Shown here: positions 63,384-64,000 of the stretch, one piece after another | How positions within the stretch are numbered: position 1 is the first letter of the stretch | Layout of the letters: every line of letters starts with the position of its first letter | Origin: an uncultured Christensenellaceae bacterium | Lineage (GTDB): Bacteria; Bacillota; Clostridia; Christensenellales; UMGS416 | Direction: 5' to 3' | DNA: 64,000 nucleotides | Assembly (NCBI GenBank): GCA_944376795.1 | Contig: CALWDW010000006.1 | Span: forward strand, 97,361 to 161,360 | Notes under the pieces: generated by a model | Database searches by the model: none | The model's input: the letters and a program-made list of their open reading frames with translations, nothing else | Told to the model about the DNA's origin: nothing | Made by a program: the position numbers and the translations under genes

Positions 63384-64000
63384 CTATGCGTTCTGGGCGA
63401 TCAGCGCGTTGAGCATATCCCGGGCATAGAGGATATCCCGGGTCTGCTCGTCGCCCTCAATCTCTCTCTCAATGGTCAGCACCCCGTCATAGCCCACTTC
63501 CTTCAGCGCGGCGATCAGCCGGGGGAAGTTCACCATTCCGTCTCCCAGACGGCGCTCCTGCCCGAGCTCCCGGCCGTTGGTGGGATAGTCCCCGTCCTTG
63601 GCATGGACGCCCATGACATACTTGCCAAAGACCTTCAGGGCATCCACCGGGTTCGCCTTCCCGTACAGGATGAGATTGGCCGGATCCAGGTTAATGCCCA
63701 GATTCCCTGTGCCCACCTCCTCAATGAAGCGCAAAAGCGTAACCGGCGTCTCCTGTCCGGTCTCAAAGAGGAAGTTGCAGCCCCTCTCCTTGGCATAGAG
63801 GGCCAGCTCCCGGAGGGTCTCCGCCACCGGGCGGTACTCGGGATCGGTCATATTCTCGGGAAGGAAGCCTGCGTGGGTCACCACGTCCCGCACCCCCAGC
63901 ATGGCGGCAAAGTCAATGCCCGCCTTCAGCGCCTCCACCCGCACGGCACGGTATGCCGGAGGGACGATGCCCAAGGTCACAGGCCCCTGCGCAAAATCCC
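63384..64000 (-). CDS. Sugar phosphate isomerase/epimerase (xylose isomerase-like TIM barrel), probably 5'-truncated by the window edge
   Basis: FLFETGQE, HAKDGDYP and LTIEREI motifs. The frame stays open upstream of the track Met at 63980 to the window end, and typical family members are about 270 aa. Confidence 0.7.
   Translation of the reverse strand, partial: DFAQGPVTLGIVPPAYRAVRVEALKAGIDFAAMLGVRDVVTHAGFLPENMTDPEYRPVAETLRELALYAKERGCNFLFETGQETPVTLLRFIEEVGTGNLGINLDPANLILYGKANPVDALKVFGKYVMGVHAKDGDYPTNGRELGQERRLGDGMVNFPRLIAALKEVGYDGVLTIEREIEGDEQTRDILYARDMLNALIAQNA

Noticed and set aside
1-64000. A scan by eye for tRNA, rRNA, CRISPR arrays, IS elements, integrases and prophage genes
   Set aside because: None was seen. 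Apart from the 57.1-57.6 kb gap, every intergenic gap is under 300 bp, and all are accounted for by promoters, terminators or the T-box. This was a by-eye scan only, so tRNAscan, cmscan and ISfinder would be needed to be definitive.

Overview
This window reads as an ordinary core-chromosome segment of a GC-rich (about 60% by eye, not computed), spore-forming Firmicute. A Clostridia or Oscillospiraceae-like origin is my inference from gene content and synteny. I call about 55 protein-coding genes, and roughly 85% of them are on the minus strand. They are mostly housekeeping: spoIIAA (partial), a class A PBP, mrfA/mrfB-like helicase and exonuclease, an L,D-transpeptidase, thiI with a cysteine desulfurase, mutY, folT-like, CapA, TrmH, pduL, nanA, a Zn-ADH with an FGGY kinase, an OmpR/HK/HtrA module, xylB, mutS2, zapA, pheST behind a Phe T-box, lysC, glyA, aspS, hisS, hemZ-like, dtd, relA, recJ, secDF, a glycosyltransferase, a 5-formyl-THF cyclo-ligase, alr and pepC. 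I saw no rRNA, tRNA, CRISPR array, transposase, integrase or phage genes. I did not find a convincing new multi-gene system. The observations most worth a second look are: (1) a sialidase-family gene whose diagnostic motifs lie in three reading frames, directly upstream of an intact nanA; (2) an uncharacterised trio at 12.6-15.7 kb that includes two adjacent zinc-ribbon proteins; (3) an APH(3')-like gene with its own near-consensus promoter between zapA and pheST; (4) a ~0.45 kb stretch at 57.1-57.6 kb with no convincing ORF; (5) a hairpin-dense convergent intergenic region at 15.7-16.0 kb. The many long antisense ORFs in the track are shadow ORFs, as expected for GC-rich DNA. All functional calls come from reading the translations and motifs by eye. 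No database search was run.
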